Assembly (NCBI GenBank): GCA_964433635.1
Contig: CAYSSG010000005.1
Span: forward strand, 11,295-75,294
Direction of reading: 5' to 3'
Length of the DNA stretch: 64,000 bases
Origin: an uncultured Atribacterota bacterium
GTDB taxonomy: Bacteria; Atribacterota; Phoenicimicrobiia; Phoenicimicrobiales; Stramentimicrobiaceae
Shown: piece by piece, positions 48,451 to 59,426 of the stretch
Position numbering within the stretch: the first letter of the stretch is position 1
Layout of the letters: every line of letters begins with the position of its first letter
Position numbers and translations under genes: made by a program
The notes under the pieces: generated by a model
Databases searched by the model: none
Seen by the model: only the letters and a program-made list of their open reading frames with translations
Told to the model about the DNA's origin: nothing

Positions 48451-49299
48451 ATGATGAACAGATATCAATTCCGGCCTAAAAAGAGATTAGGACAAAACTT
48501 TCTCATCGACAAAAATATTGCCTCAATCATTGTAAAAGCCCTGCGCTTGAATAAAGAGGATTCCATATTTGAAATTGGTACCGGTATGGGATCCCTGACT
48601 TTATCATTAACGCCTGGTGTAAAGCATATTTTTTCTGTTGAAAAGGACACTCGTCTGAAACCAATTTTGGATCATATTGTGTCTGATTATCAGAATGAGA
48701 TTACAATTATGTATCAGGATATTCTGGATTTCGATTTAGTCGACTTTCTGAACAGGAAAAAACAGGAAGGTTATCAAGTAAGAAAATTAGCCGGGAACTT
48801 ACCTTACTCCATTTCACTACCTTTACTGAAAAAACTGATGGAAATGCACGATTATTTGGATACAGCAGTGATCATGGTTCAAAGGGAGGTTGCCGAACGC
48901 ATGATGGCTGTATCCGGTGATAAGAATTATGGTGTCCTTTCTCTTGTGTCCAGCTATTATGCAGATATCAAAAAGATTCACCTGGTAAAACCGGAAGCAT
49001 TCTTTCCAAGACCTGCCGTAGACTCAATGATTGTTAGAATTGAATTTTTAACCAGACCAAGGGTCATTATTGAAGACGAAGACCTCTTTTTTGACCTGAT
49101 TCACGCCATTTTTCAACACCGGAGAAAAAGTGTAAAGAATGCTTTGCAATTGTATTTTGGTGATAGGCTTGATCAGAGTAAACTGGACAATTCACTTCTC
49201 AGAATCGGATTACCATTGAGCCGGCGAGGAGAAAGCTTTAGTTTGGAAGAATTTTCAAGGTTAACCAGCGAAATCAAGAAAATCATAAAATGCAGTTAA
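48451..49299 (+). CDS. rsmA: 16S rRNA (adenine1518/1519-N6)-dimethyltransferase RsmA/KsgA
   Basis: RLGQNFLIDKNI and SAM motif EIGTGMGSLT. ORF opens at 48364; ATG 48451 (MMNRYQFRPKKRLGQNFL) fits the family N-terminus. Confidence 0.85.
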   Translation: MMNRYQFRPKKRLGQNFLIDKNIASIIVKALRLNKEDSIFEIGTGMGSLTLSLTPGVKHIFSVEKDTRLKPILDHIVSDYQNEITIMYQDILDFDLVDFLNRKKQEGYQVRKLAGNLPYSISLPLLKKLMEMHDYLDTAVIMVQREVAERMMAVSGDKNYGVLSLVSSYYADIKKIHLVKPEAFFPRPAVDSMIVRIEFLTRPRVIIEDEDLFFDLIHAIFQHRRKSVKNALQLYFGDRLDQSKLDNSLLRIGLPLSRRGESFSLEEFSRLTSEIKKIIKCS

Positions 49300-49586
49300 T
49301 AGTATTACGTATACCGTATAACGTAGAGACTGAAGAATAATTGAAAATAGTAGAACTTAAGCCTCGACTTACGATTATAGAGAAAATTAATATTCAATAT
49401 AACACTTAACACAGTGAATATAAAGTAAAGTCAATAATCCAGGATTCAATTAGACACTTAAGAAATTGTTTTATCGGATAAAACCAATTCCATGCGACAA
49501 TATAAAGTTTGATGGCTTATGATTATAAGATTTAGCTTTCAATAATACTTAGAAACGTTATACGCAATACAATACGGTATACTATT

Positions 49587-49616
49587 TTAAATCTTTTGAC
49601 AAACAAGCATTATACA
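49587..49616 (+). promoter_or_regulatory. SigmaA-type promoter (-35 TTGACA, extended -10 TGaTAAAAT) upstream of spoVG leader
   Basis: TTGACA at 49587-49592, then TGATAAAAT at 49608-49616. Sits 4 nt after the right inverted motif of cassette 4. Confidence 0.5.
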
Positions 49617-49959
49617 TGATAAAATTTGACAAATTCCAAAATAACCAAGGTAATCAATATCACAGACAGTCTTATGAAGGCACAGAAAAATTTGAATGCT
49701 AAGAAAAAGCTTTAAACTGAATGATGGAGGTACTCCTCAACACAGCAGGTATTCTCTGCTGTGTTTCTTTATCTTTAATACTAATCTGTGTTATAACAGG
49801 AGGTACATGACGATATGTAACAACGGAAAAAAGGAAAAGTATTTTATGGGAATCAAAATGATAGAGGTTTTGTGAAAAAGAACAAAAGAAGATGTTGTTA
49901 AATGTCTGGATACTGTGTTTACAAGAAAACTAAAAAACAAATAAGGCGGTGTACACAAA

Positions 49960-50322
49960 GTGCAAGTTACAGATGTGAGAATTAGAAGAATTCAAACTGA
50001 TGGAAAATTAAGAGCTTATGTTTCCATTACTTTTGATGATTCCTTTGTTGTTCATGATCTAAGGATTATTGATGGAAGAAAAGGTATGTTTGTAGCCATG
50101 CCCAGTAAATTGTTACCTAATGGAAATCATAAAGATATCGCACATCCTATCAATACCGAAGTCAGGGAAATGATTCAGAGTGCGGTATTGAAAGAGTATG
50201 AAGCAACTGAAGGGGAAGCCCAGTCAAGTGTTGAATCTTCAACTCAGGAAGTAGAAGAGGGCAGCGAAGATATGTCAATTGATCTGGATTCAGAGGAAGA
50301 ATCAGAGGAAGAAAAAGAATAA
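49960..50322 (+). CDS. spoVG: Septation protein SpoVG with acidic C-terminal tail
   Basis: [50 protein letters not shown] is near-identical in pattern to Bacillus SpoVG. GTG start. Extra Ser/Glu-rich tail of about 25 aa. Confidence 0.9.
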   Translation: MQVTDVRIRRIQTDGKLRAYVSITFDDSFVVHDLRIIDGRKGMFVAMPSKLLPNGNHKDIAHPINTEVREMIQSAVLKEYEATEGEAQSSVESSTQEVEEGSEDMSIDLDSEEESEEEKE

Positions 50323-50405
50323 AAGAATGCCTTGCTTAAAATGTAAATTAGTTTGTTTATCATATTAAAACCTGACAGTCCATAGAAAAACGATAGAGAC
50401 GGAAG

Positions 50406-50440
50406 TTTCAGGGGAGTTAACTCCCCTGAATGTCTTTTTT
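50406..50440 (+). terminator. Rho-independent terminator after spoVG
   Basis: TTCAGGGGAG-ttaa-CTCCCCTGAA followed by TGTCTTTTTT. Confidence 0.8.
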
Positions 50441-50514
50441 ATATTACCGGAAATCATTTTTGTAATTCCCTAACACTGGAGATTAAGCAGAAAAAAGTGT
50501 AACGATTCTATGGA

Positions 50515-50589
50515 TGGGGTGTAGCCAAGCGGCAAGGCAAGGGAATTTGGATCCCTCATTCGGAGGTTCGAATCCTCCCACCCCAGCCA
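50515..50589 (+). tRNA. tRNA-Gln (anticodon TTG)
   Basis: TGGGGTG...GCCAAGCGGCAAGGC D-arm and 3' CACCCCAGCCA closely parallel E. coli tRNA-Gln. Anticodon arm AGGGA-ATTTGGA-TCCCT. Confidence 0.8.
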
Positions 50590-50738
50590 ATCTGTTTTTA
50601 TTTTTATATGATTCCTGAAAATCAAGGATTGTAACAATATATTTTCTAAAATCACTTTTTTTGACGGCAATATACCATTCCTCAGGCAAATATGATCTTC
50701 TCGGATTTTTTAAAAAAATGATCAGGCAGGATAGCGCT

Positions 50739-52127
50739 ATGAAATCTATCATATCTGTTATATTAGCGGCCGGACAGGGCAAAAGAATGAAATCTTCCTT
50801 TCCCAAGGTTCTGCATCAATTAGCGGGGAAACCCATGATTTCTTATTCTATTGCCCTGACAAAGTCACTGGAAATGAAAAAGAAACTGGTGGTGATTGGT
50901 CATCAGGCAGAAGAGATAAAGAATGCAATAGGCGATTCTGATAATGAATTGACTTTTATTTATCAGGAAAAGCAACTGGGTACTGCCCATGCCGTACAGC
51001 AGGCAAAACAGCATTTGACTGATTTCCCGGGAATTATCTTGATTTTATCGGCTGATGTGCCTCTTTTAAGAGCTGTCACAATTCAGGAAATGCTTACTTA
51101 TCATATCAATCACAAAGTCTTCTGCACATTACTGACTGCAAATACGGTACAGCCGGAAGGCTATGGTCGTATTATCAGAAATCAAAGGGGAGAGATTACC
51201 GGAATCATTGAACAGAGAGACTTAAAAAAGGAACAGGAGCAAATCAGAGAGATTAATGCCGGTATCTACTGCTTTAGTGCCCCGGAACTGTGCATGGCTT
51301 TACAGCTTGTCAATCAAAATAATGATCAGAAGGAATACTACCTGACCGATGTAATCAGAATACTGGTGAATAAGGGATATTCAGTCGGAAGTGTTCTCGT
51401 CAGGGACAATGAAGAGATCATCGGCGTAAATACCCGTGCAGATCTGTCGCTTGTTTCAAATATACTCTATCAAAGAAATGCATTTGAACATATGTCAAAG
51501 GGCGTTACGATTATAAATCCGGAAAATACCTTTATTGAAGATTCTGTTAAAATTGGTCAGGATACCATTATTTACCCTTTCACCATCATTACCTCGGGAA
51601 GCGACATCGGAAAGTTCTGTCAAATTGGTCCCTATTCTCATATTGTGAAGACGATTGTGGGAAATGATACCAGGATCTATTCCTCGGTTGTGGAAATGAG
51701 TAAAATCGGAAATCGTACTACGATCGGACCATATGCTCACATCAGACCGGAAAGTATGATTGGAAATGAAGTCAGAGTAGGCAATTATGTTGAAGTAAAG
51801 AAATCATTCATAGACCAGGGGAGCAAAGTCGGTCATCTCACCTATCTGGGGGATGCTACGCTAGGCAAAAAAGTAAATATTGGAGCAGGGACCATTACCT
51901 GTAATTATGATGGTAAAAGGAAGAATCCCACCACTATCCAGGATGGGGTATTCATCGGAAGCAATAATTCGCTGGTTGCACCGGTAACCATTGGTCGTGA
52001 TTCTTATACTGCTGCCGGATCAACGATTACTACGGATGTTCCTGAGAACAGTTTAGCTATAGCCAGGTCCCGGCAGAAGAATATACCAGGTTGGGCAGAA
52101 AAGAGATGCAGCAGTGAAAAACCATAA
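50739..52127 (+). CDS. glmU: Bifunctional GlcNAc-1-P uridyltransferase / GlcN-1-P acetyltransferase GlmU
   Basis: VILAAGQGKRMKS N-terminal motif. C-terminal left-handed beta-helix hexapeptide repeats. ORF opens at 50661; ATG 50739 preceded by an AGGCAGGA SD. Confidence 0.9.
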   Translation: MKSIISVILAAGQGKRMKSSFPKVLHQLAGKPMISYSIALTKSLEMKKKLVVIGHQAEEIKNAIGDSDNELTFIYQEKQLGTAHAVQQAKQHLTDFPGIILILSADVPLLRAVTIQEMLTYHINHKVFCTLLTANTVQPEGYGRIIRNQRGEITGIIEQRDLKKEQEQIREINAGIYCFSAPELCMALQLVNQNNDQKEYYLTDVIRILVNKGYSVGSVLVRDNEEIIGVNTRADLSLVSNILYQRNAFEHMSKGVTIINPENTFIEDSVKIGQDTIIYPFTIITSGSDIGKFCQIGPYSHIVKTIVGNDTRIYSSVVEMSKIGNRTTIGPYAHIRPESMIGNEVRVGNYVEVKKSFIDQGSKVGHLTYLGDATLGKKVNIGAGTITCNYDGKRKNPTTIQDGVFIGSNNSLVAPVTIGRDSYTAAGSTITTDVPENSLAIARSRQKNIPGWAEKRCSSEKP

Positions 52128-52164
52128 AATTATGTTATAATATCCAAGGAGGTAAAGAGAAGAG

Positions 52165-53133
52165 TTGATTGCATTTTCTCAAAGAGAATTACAGGTATTT
52201 TCAGGAAATGCCAATCCGGTGTTGGCTAAAGAGATTGTTTCCCATTTAGGAGTGGAGTTAGGTAAAGCGGAAGTATCCAGGTTTCCTGACGGTGAATTAC
52301 ATGTACAGATTGATGATAACGTCCGGGGTCATGATGTATTTGTAATACAACCTACCTGCCATCCTGTGCATGAGCATCTGATGGAATTACTGGTGATGAT
52401 TGATGCACTTCACAGGGCTTCAGCAGAGCGAATAACCGCCGTGATACCTTATTACAGCTATGCCAGGCAGGATCGGAAGACCCGTCCCCGCGAGCCTATC
52501 ACTGCCAAACTGATAGCTAATTTACTGGTACAGGCAGGAGCAGATCGTGTCCTGACGATGGATTTACATGCCGGACAGATTCAGGGATTTTTTGATATTC
52601 CCGTTGACCATCTGGAGGCTGCCCCGATATTGGCAGATTATTTTAAAGGAAAAGACATATCCAATACTGTCATTGTTTCTCCCGACGTAGGAGGAACTGC
52701 CCGGGCTAGAAATTTTGCCGGACATCTGAATAAGCCAATTGCCATTATCGATAAATACCGTGCCTCTGATACGAATGTGGAAATACTGCATATCGTCGGA
52801 AACGTGAAGGATAAAAATGTCATCATTGTGGATGATATGATAGATACAGCAGGTTCCATTATTAAGAGTAGCCAGGCTGTATTAGATGCAGGAGCTAAGG
52901 AGATATATATATGTGCCACCCATCCGGTCTTTGCCGGTCCTGCCAGGGAGAGAATGGAAAAATACTGGAAAGAAAATTTATTTAATGAAGTGGTTGTCAC
53001 CAATACCATTCCTATTCCTGAGGAAAAGAAATTGGAATGTATTAAAATTTTATCTGTTGCTAATTTATTTGCCGAATCAATTAAGCGCATTCATTTTAAT
53101 ATGTCAATCAGCGCTTTATTCAGACAGACATAA
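52165..53133 (+). CDS. prs: Ribose-phosphate pyrophosphokinase
   Basis: LQVFSGNANPVLAKEI. PRPP-binding loop VIIVDDMIDTAGS. TTG start after AAGGAGGT. Confidence 0.9.
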   Translation: MIAFSQRELQVFSGNANPVLAKEIVSHLGVELGKAEVSRFPDGELHVQIDDNVRGHDVFVIQPTCHPVHEHLMELLVMIDALHRASAERITAVIPYYSYARQDRKTRPREPITAKLIANLLVQAGADRVLTMDLHAGQIQGFFDIPVDHLEAAPILADYFKGKDISNTVIVSPDVGGTARARNFAGHLNKPIAIIDKYRASDTNVEILHIVGNVKDKNVIIVDDMIDTAGSIIKSSQAVLDAGAKEIYICATHPVFAGPARERMEKYWKENLFNEVVVTNTIPIPEEKKLECIKILSVANLFAESIKRIHFNMSISALFRQT

Positions 53134-53221
53134 AAACGAGGAATTTTCAGTCGAATCAGGCATGAATCATTTTTAGAGAGATTATAGATAGATCATAGAA
53201 AGAAGCGGAGGAAAACCGAAT

Positions 53222-53908
53222 ATGAAGCGAATTCAATTACAGGTGGAAACCAGGGAAACAAAAGGAAAAGAAGAGAGCAAAAGGCTCAGGAATTCCGGAT
53301 ATGTTCCGGGAATACTCTATTCTCCTCACGATAAGGAAAATATATTGTTAAAAGTGCCGGAAAAGGAATTGCATCATTTTCTATCCGATAAAAAGCATGC
53401 CCACGGAATTATTGATCTCAAGATAAAAAAGGATAATGACAAAGATGTGACACGTTTAGCAGTCGTTAAGGATTTTCAGTATGATTCTTTGCAGAAAAGA
53501 ATCAGTCATTTTGACTTCTATGGCGTTACAATGAAGGAGAAGATTACTTTACAAGTCCCCCTTATCCTTGAAGGAGAACCTAAGGGTATCAAAGAAGGAG
53601 GAATACTGGATATCTCCTTGCGAGAAGTGGAAGTGGAGTGTCTTCCTGCAGATGCTCCGGAAGCCATCACGATCGATATCAGTCAGTTAGGTTTCAATGA
53701 TGTCTTGTCCCTGCAGGATATTGAGTTACCTAAAGATGTCAAATTATTAACTGAACCGGACCGTACCATAGCTTCTGTGGTTGCCCCAACAAAGATGGTG
53801 GAAGAGGTTGCAGAAGAAGAGGAAGAGATTACCGAAGCTGAGGCAGAGATAAAGACAAAGGCGAAGGAAGCGCCCAAAGAGGAGAAGGAAGAGAAAAAAG
53901 AAGCGTAA
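53222..53908 (+). CDS. ctc: 50S ribosomal protein L25 / general stress protein Ctc
   Basis: RETKGKEESKRLRNSGYVPGILY N-terminus and Glu/Lys-rich C-terminal tail. Confidence 0.85.
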   Translation: MKRIQLQVETRETKGKEESKRLRNSGYVPGILYSPHDKENILLKVPEKELHHFLSDKKHAHGIIDLKIKKDNDKDVTRLAVVKDFQYDSLQKRISHFDFYGVTMKEKITLQVPLILEGEPKGIKEGGILDISLREVEVECLPADAPEAITIDISQLGFNDVLSLQDIELPKDVKLLTEPDRTIASVVAPTKMVEEVAEEEEEITEAEAEIKTKAKEAPKEEKEEKKEA

Positions 53909-53968
53909 CAATAATGCTCCTTATCTATACGAAGCAGTGATAATGCGAAATGCCAAGGTCGTATTAAC

Positions 53969-54559
53969 GTGAAATTAATTGTGGGATTGGGAAATCCGGG
54001 AGTTCAATACCAGTTTACCAGACATAATATTGGTTTTCGGGTTCTGGAAAGATTTGCTGCCCGAAATGCAGGTGGGGAAACGAAGTGGAGAAGTGGATTT
54101 TCTTCGCGATTTTTCCGGTATCGTATGAAAGAGGAAGATATCTTTCTTCTTAAACCACAGACTTATATGAATCTCAGTGGTCGGGCGGTCAAAGAAATAA
54201 CAGATTACTATGGGATGAAGAGACACCAGTTGATTGTAATCTATGATGATATTCATCTCCCCTTAGGCAGAATTCGGATACGAAAGAAAGGCAGTGCCGG
54301 TGGACATAACGGGGTGGAATCTGTTATACAGCTTCTGAATAGTGAAGATTTCCCCCGTCTGCGTATTGGCATCAGAAATGATGAACTGTTAGAACACCAG
54401 GATTACGCTTCCTTTGTGTTATCCTGCTTTTTGGCTGAAGAAGAGAGGATGCTTGAAAATATAATCACCCGGGCATCGAAGGCATTAGAGGATATCCTGA
54501 TTTATGGCTATGATTATGCCATGAGACAATACAATCGGACAGATAATCAAACTTCCTGA
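53969..54559 (+). CDS. pth: Peptidyl-tRNA hydrolase
   Basis: KLIVGLGNPG...TRHNIGF and HNG motifs. GTG start. Confidence 0.9.
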   Translation: MKLIVGLGNPGVQYQFTRHNIGFRVLERFAARNAGGETKWRSGFSSRFFRYRMKEEDIFLLKPQTYMNLSGRAVKEITDYYGMKRHQLIVIYDDIHLPLGRIRIRKKGSAGGHNGVESVIQLLNSEDFPRLRIGIRNDELLEHQDYASFVLSCFLAEEERMLENIITRASKALEDILIYGYDYAMRQYNRTDNQTS

Positions 54560-54671
54560 CAGAGTTGCATCTGCATATAAAATTCCTGAGCACTAAAAAA
54601 CGTATCGTAGCTGGAATAGATAATCTGAATATCAGATTACGTGGTATGTAAAGATGACTGAAGAGGTAAAG

Positions 54672-55637
54672 ATGATAAAAAAAATTGCGGTACTGACCAG
54701 TGGAGGAGATTCTCCGGGTATGAATGCAGCTATCCGGGCAGTTGTTCGTACCGGTATTCATCATGAGCTGGAAGTGATTGGCGTTCAATGCGGTTATCAG
54801 GGACTATTGGCTCGCAAGCTGATACCTCTCAATTTGAAGAGTGTAGGTGGATTTATGCAGCATGGGGGAACCCTTCTCATGACTTCCCGAAGTGAAGAAT
54901 TCAAAACGGAAGCAGGAGTCCATAAGGCTGCTGAAATTTTAAGAAGGAGTAAAATTGATGCACTGGCAGTCATCGGTGGAGACGGTTCAATGGCTGGTGC
55001 TCTGGATCTCCATAACCTGGAAGGTTTCCCGGTTATCGGACTGCCGGCAACCATTGACAATGATCTTTATGGTACGGATATGTGCATTGGTGTGGATACT
55101 GCCTTGAATACGGTGATTTCAGCCATTGATAAAATAAAGGATACAGCATCATCCCATCGTCGTGCTTTTGTCATAGAGGTAATGGGCAGAGAATCCGGTT
55201 ATCTTGCCTTGATGAGTGGGATTGCCGGCGGAGTAGAAGCCGTGATTATTCCTGAATTCCCTGCCGATCTGGAAAAGATCAGTGTTCAATTAAAGGAAGG
55301 TTATCAGCGTGGGAAATCCCACTGTATTATTCTGGTTGCCGAAGGGGCGGGTGATGTCTATGAAATCGGACAATTTATGGAGGATAAAATCGGTTTTAAG
55401 ATGCGGATTACGATATTAGGTCACTTGCAGCGCGGGGGTTCTCCAACCGCATATGACCGCATCCTGGGTAGCCGGTTAGGTGCCGAAGCTGTGGAAAAAT
55501 TATTACAGAAACGGGACCATCATATGGTTGGTCTTTCGGGAAATAAAACCCGAACCATTCCCCTGGCAGAAGTATTAGCTCAAAAGAAAAAGCTTCGCAA
55601 ATCCATGTATGAGTTGGCAGCTATCCTTGCCCGTTAA
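54672..55637 (+). CDS. pfkA: ATP-dependent 6-phosphofructokinase
   Basis: IAVLTSGGDSPGMNAAIRAVV, GGDGS and MGR motifs. ATG 54672 after GAGGT; the ORF opens at 54654. Confidence 0.9.
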   Translation: MIKKIAVLTSGGDSPGMNAAIRAVVRTGIHHELEVIGVQCGYQGLLARKLIPLNLKSVGGFMQHGGTLLMTSRSEEFKTEAGVHKAAEILRRSKIDALAVIGGDGSMAGALDLHNLEGFPVIGLPATIDNDLYGTDMCIGVDTALNTVISAIDKIKDTASSHRRAFVIEVMGRESGYLALMSGIAGGVEAVIIPEFPADLEKISVQLKEGYQRGKSHCIILVAEGAGDVYEIGQFMEDKIGFKMRITILGHLQRGGSPTAYDRILGSRLGAEAVEKLLQKRDHHMVGLSGNKTRTIPLAEVLAQKKKLRKSMYELAAILAR

Positions 55638-55703
55638 GAATTATTCAAACCACTTCAGGTTTGATTGGCGCAGCAAAACCTTTTCAATTCCTGGAATCTG
55701 ACA

Positions 55704-58700
55704 ATGAAATTGAATCAGTTATGGTCTAAACATTCTGCGTATGAACAGTTCATACAGGATTTCAAAGAGAAAAGGATCAGGGAATTCAATGTCAGAGGAT
55801 TACAGGGCAGCGCTGTCCCATTCTTTGTTTCTTCTCTGTTGAAAGAGAAAATAGGCATTTCCCTTCTGCTGTTTCTGGCTCCTGATTACGAGACCTCCCT
55901 GCATTTTTTCCAGGATATGACAAGTTTTTCGGGATTACAGGAGAATAAGCGACTTTATATCTTTCCCCCTTTTGAAGTGCTTCCATATGAGGATGTTACC
56001 CGGGATACGCATATTATGGAGCAGCGGATCAATGTTCTTTCCAGCCTGGCTTACCGGCAGAGATATCCTTTAGAGAAGAAAGATTACCAGCCAACATCTT
56101 CCCCCATGGTTATCCTGAGCAGCTATAGGGCAATCCTGCCCAGAATCATGTCCTTCCGTCTTTTTCATCAACACTCCCGGGAATTAAAGCAGCAGGAGCA
56201 GCTCCTTCTGGAAGAATTTTTACCTTATCTGATTCAGCAGGGTTATCAATCGTCTCACATCATTGAATATCAGGGTCAATTCAGCCAACGGGGAGGCATC
56301 ATTGATTTATTCCCTTTTACTGAAGAAAATCCTGTCCGAATAGAATTAAATGGCGAACACGTTGAATCCATCCGTTTCTTCGATATGGAATCCCAGCGTT
56401 CCATTAAAAAAATTGAAAAAATCCTGCTTCTTCCGCAGAAAGAACTGATTGAATCCGCCAGTGGAGAAAAAGTGGAGGCCAGTTCTTTTTTTGATTATCT
56501 GCCTGAAGAAACAGATATCTTTATTCAGCAATATTCAGACTTGGAAAAAACAGTCAGGGATTTCGAAACCGAGAGTCAGAATATTTTTCAGCAGAAACAG
56601 AAAGATAACAGCCAGAAAGTTCTGCCACCCCGACATTACTTTTTAGACTGGGATGAGGTGGAAGGTTTGGTCCATCAGAAAAATCGCTTGATCACCCTGG
56701 AGCAATGGGAAAGGAAAGAGCGTATTCCAGAGAGCAGGATTTCGCAGTATAACATCGAGACAGGCCTGGCTGGAAATTACTTCGGCCAATTAGATTTATT
56801 TTTTTCGGATTTGAGAAAGTGGCAGAAGGAAAAAAAGAACATCCTGGTGCTGACCGGTAACAAGGGAAGGGCATTGCGCCTGGCTGAGATTTTTACTGAC
56901 CGTGGCATTCAGAATTTTCAGGTGAATTCTCTTAGTGACTCAGATATTCAACCTGGTGTTGTATGCCTTGCTTACGGAAAGGTTAATTATGGATTCTCCA
57001 TTCCCTCTCTGGAATTGATTTTAGTAACCGATCAGGAAATATTTGGCAGAGAAAGGGATAAGACTGTTCGTACTAAAAAGTACCAGGGAAAACCCTTCTA
57101 TCAGGTTGATGAATTGAAAGTCGGAGACTATGTCGTTCATGTTCAGCATGGAATCGGTCTGTATGCAGGAATTCAATCACGCAACAATGAAGGTGTAAGA
57201 AAAGAGTACCTCCTCCTGAAATATGCTGCAGATGATGAGCTCTATGTACCGATAGACCAATTGAATCTGGTGCATAAATACATCGGTGTGGCTGGAAAGC
57301 CTCCCAAGCTGTATCGTCTGGGAGGGAGCTCCTGGAAGGGTGTCACCAGAAGGGTTAAAGTGTCTATTCAGAGGATGGCACAGGAATTATTCGCATTGTA
57401 CAAAAAGAGGAAAAGCATTACCGGGTTTTCCTTTTCTGCTGATTCAATCTGGCAGCAGGAGCTGGAAATGGCTTTCCCATTCGAGGAAACTCCGGATCAG
57501 GGTAAGGCATTGATGGATGTCAAAAGGGATATGGAATCTGTCCAGCCTATGGAACGTTTGATATGCGGAGATGTGGGCTACGGGAAGACTGAAGTTGCCA
57601 TCAGGGCTGCCTTTAAGGCGGTAATGGACAGCAAGCAGGTTGCTGTATTAGCCCCCACCACCATTCTTGCCCAGCAGCACTGGGAAAACTTTTCTGAAAG
57701 AATAAGACCCTTTCCGGTAAGGGTTGAGATGCTTTCCAGATTCAAATCCAAAAGAGAACAGCAGGAGATTATAACAGATTTGCAATCAGGAAAAATCGAT
57801 ATCATCATCGGAACACATCGACTTGTTCAGCCGGATATCAGATTTCATGACCTGGGTTTACTGGTAGTCGATGAAGAACAACGTTTCGGAGTCCTGCAGA
57901 AAGAGAAAATCAAGAAGATCAAAGAACAGGTAGATTCCCTTACGCTGACGGCAACGCCAATACCCAGAACGCTTCACTTTTCGCTCATCGGGGTAAGAGA
58001 GATGAGCCTGATGAATACGCCGCCTGAACTTCGTTTGCCGATTCTGACCTATTTAAGGGAAAAAAATGAGAGAACGATCGAAGAGGCTATTCGGAGAGAA
58101 CTGGAAAGAGGCGGTCAGGTTTACTATGTTTATAATCGGGTTCAAAATATTGATCATATTGCTGAAAAATTAAGTAGGATTGTGCCGGATGCCAGGATTG
58201 TAACTGCCCATGGTCAGATGCCCGAAGATCAGCTGGAAAGAATTATGATAGATTTTCTTCATCGAAAATACGATATCCTGGTCTGTACAACGATTATTGA
58301 AATTGGTTTGGATATTCCCAATGTGAATACGATTATAGTGGATGAAGCGCATCAATTTGGCCTGGCGCAGCTCTATCAGCTGCGGGGACGCGTAGGGCGC
58401 GCAGACCGGAGGGCTTACGCCTATCTGCTCTATCCATCAAAGAGAATGCTGACCGACAATGCCCGAAAAAGGCTTCAGGCAATCAGGGAATTCAGCGATC
58501 TAGGATCCGGTTTTCGTTTAGCCATGCGTGATCTGGAAATACGAGGAGCCGGCAATCTGCTGGGAAAGGAGCAGCATGGATTTGTCAGCGAGGTTGGTTT
58601 TAATTATTACTGTCAATTATTGGAAGACAGCATCAAAGAATTAAAACAAGCCGAGTCAGGGATTACCGTTGAATACAGAAGAGATCCCGAAATAGACATT

Positions 58701-59150
58701 CGGCTGGATAGCTTTATACCCGGCTATTATATTCCGGATACAGATATCAGAATCGGTTATTATCAGAAATTGAGTCAGGTTACATCAGAAGGTGAATTAC
58801 ACCTTATCAGAGACGAATTACGGGATATTTATGGCCCCTGCCCCCGCGAAGTAGAAAATTTACTTACGGTTATTCATTTAAAGATTAAATTGAAACAGCA
58901 GGGTATTACCTGCATCAGGATTACATCGCGTAAGCTTTCCCTCAGATATGAACCTGATTCCCCGATTGCAGGGAAATTAAAGAAATTTGCCGATCATCAT
59001 CCATCTATCCGGTTTCACCAGAGAGGAGCTTTTGAAGAAATTGAGTTATTGCCGGAAAAGAATCATCAATCTGAAAGCTCCGATGACATTCTGAGCAGGA
59101 GTCTTTCCATTTTGGATGAAATTCTTGCAGATGCAGGTTCATTGACATAG
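55704..59150 (+). CDS. mfd: Transcription-repair coupling factor Mfd
   Basis: UvrB-homology N-terminus, RNAP-interacting domain, superfamily-2 translocase motifs ([27 protein letters not shown]) and TRG motif. ORF opens at TTG 55665. Confidence 0.9.
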   Translation: MKLNQLWSKHSAYEQFIQDFKEKRIREFNVRGLQGSAVPFFVSSLLKEKIGISLLLFLAPDYETSLHFFQDMTSFSGLQENKRLYIFPPFEVLPYEDVTRDTHIMEQRINVLSSLAYRQRYPLEKKDYQPTSSPMVILSSYRAILPRIMSFRLFHQHSRELKQQEQLLLEEFLPYLIQQGYQSSHIIEYQGQFSQRGGIIDLFPFTEENPVRIELNGEHVESIRFFDMESQRSIKKIEKILLLPQKELIESASGEKVEASSFFDYLPEETDIFIQQYSDLEKTVRDFETESQNIFQQKQKDNSQKVLPPRHYFLDWDEVEGLVHQKNRLITLEQWERKERIPESRISQYNIETGLAGNYFGQLDLFFSDLRKWQKEKKNILVLTGNKGRALRLAEIFTDRGIQNFQVNSLSDSDIQPGVVCLAYGKVNYGFSIPSLELILVTDQEIFGRERDKTVRTKKYQGKPFYQVDELKVGDYVVHVQHGIGLYAGIQSRNNEGVRKEYLLLKYAADDELYVPIDQLNLVHKYIGVAGKPPKLYRLGGSSWKGVTRRVKVSIQRMAQELFALYKKRKSITGFSFSADSIWQQELEMAFPFEETPDQGKALMDVKRDMESVQPMERLICGDVGYGKTEVAIRAAFKAVMDSKQVAVLAPTTILAQQHWENFSERIRPFPVRVEMLSRFKSKREQQEIITDLQSGKIDIIIGTHRLVQPDIRFHDLGLLVVDEEQRFGVLQKEKIKKIKEQVDSLTLTATPIPRTLHFSLIGVREMSLMNTPPELRLPILTYLREKNERTIEEAIRRELERGGQVYYVYNRVQNIDHIAEKLSRIVPDARIVTAHGQMPEDQLERIMIDFLHRKYDILVCTTIIEIGLDIPNVNTIIVDEAHQFGLAQLYQLRGRVGRADRRAYAYLLYPSKRMLTDNARKRLQAIREFSDLGSGFRLAMRDLEIRGAGNLLGKEQHGFVSEVGFNYYCQLLEDSIKELKQAESGITVEYRRDPEIDIRLDSFIPGYYIPDTDIRIGYYQKLSQVTSEGELHLIRDELRDIYGPCPREVENLLTVIHLKIKLKQQGITCIRITSRKLSLRYEPDSPIAGKLKKFADHHPSIRFHQRGAFEEIELLPEKNHQSESSDDILSRSLSILDEILADAGSLT

Positions 59151-59426
59151 ATGGTACAATCATTTTGAGAATGAGAGGAATGTAAAATAAGGTGGTCTTT
59201 TGCAGTTTCCGAAAGACCGAAAGAAGAATGGACCATCGATTCCCGGAAAAAGCGGGTTATAAGCTCAGAATTCCGGGGAATAATTATAAAAATAAGCTGC
59301 TTTTTATAAAAATTTTAGACTTTATTTAAGCATTTTTTATATTCAAATAGTATAATAGCATTTATAAACTGATGTAGATATTTTATCTTAGTAATAATAG
59401 CCCCGGAAGGAAGAATTGTTTTATTC

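Noticed and set aside
50470-50806. Minus-strand ORFs 50470-50670 and 50483-50806
   Set aside because: They overlap tRNA-Gln and the glmU 5' region. No support.
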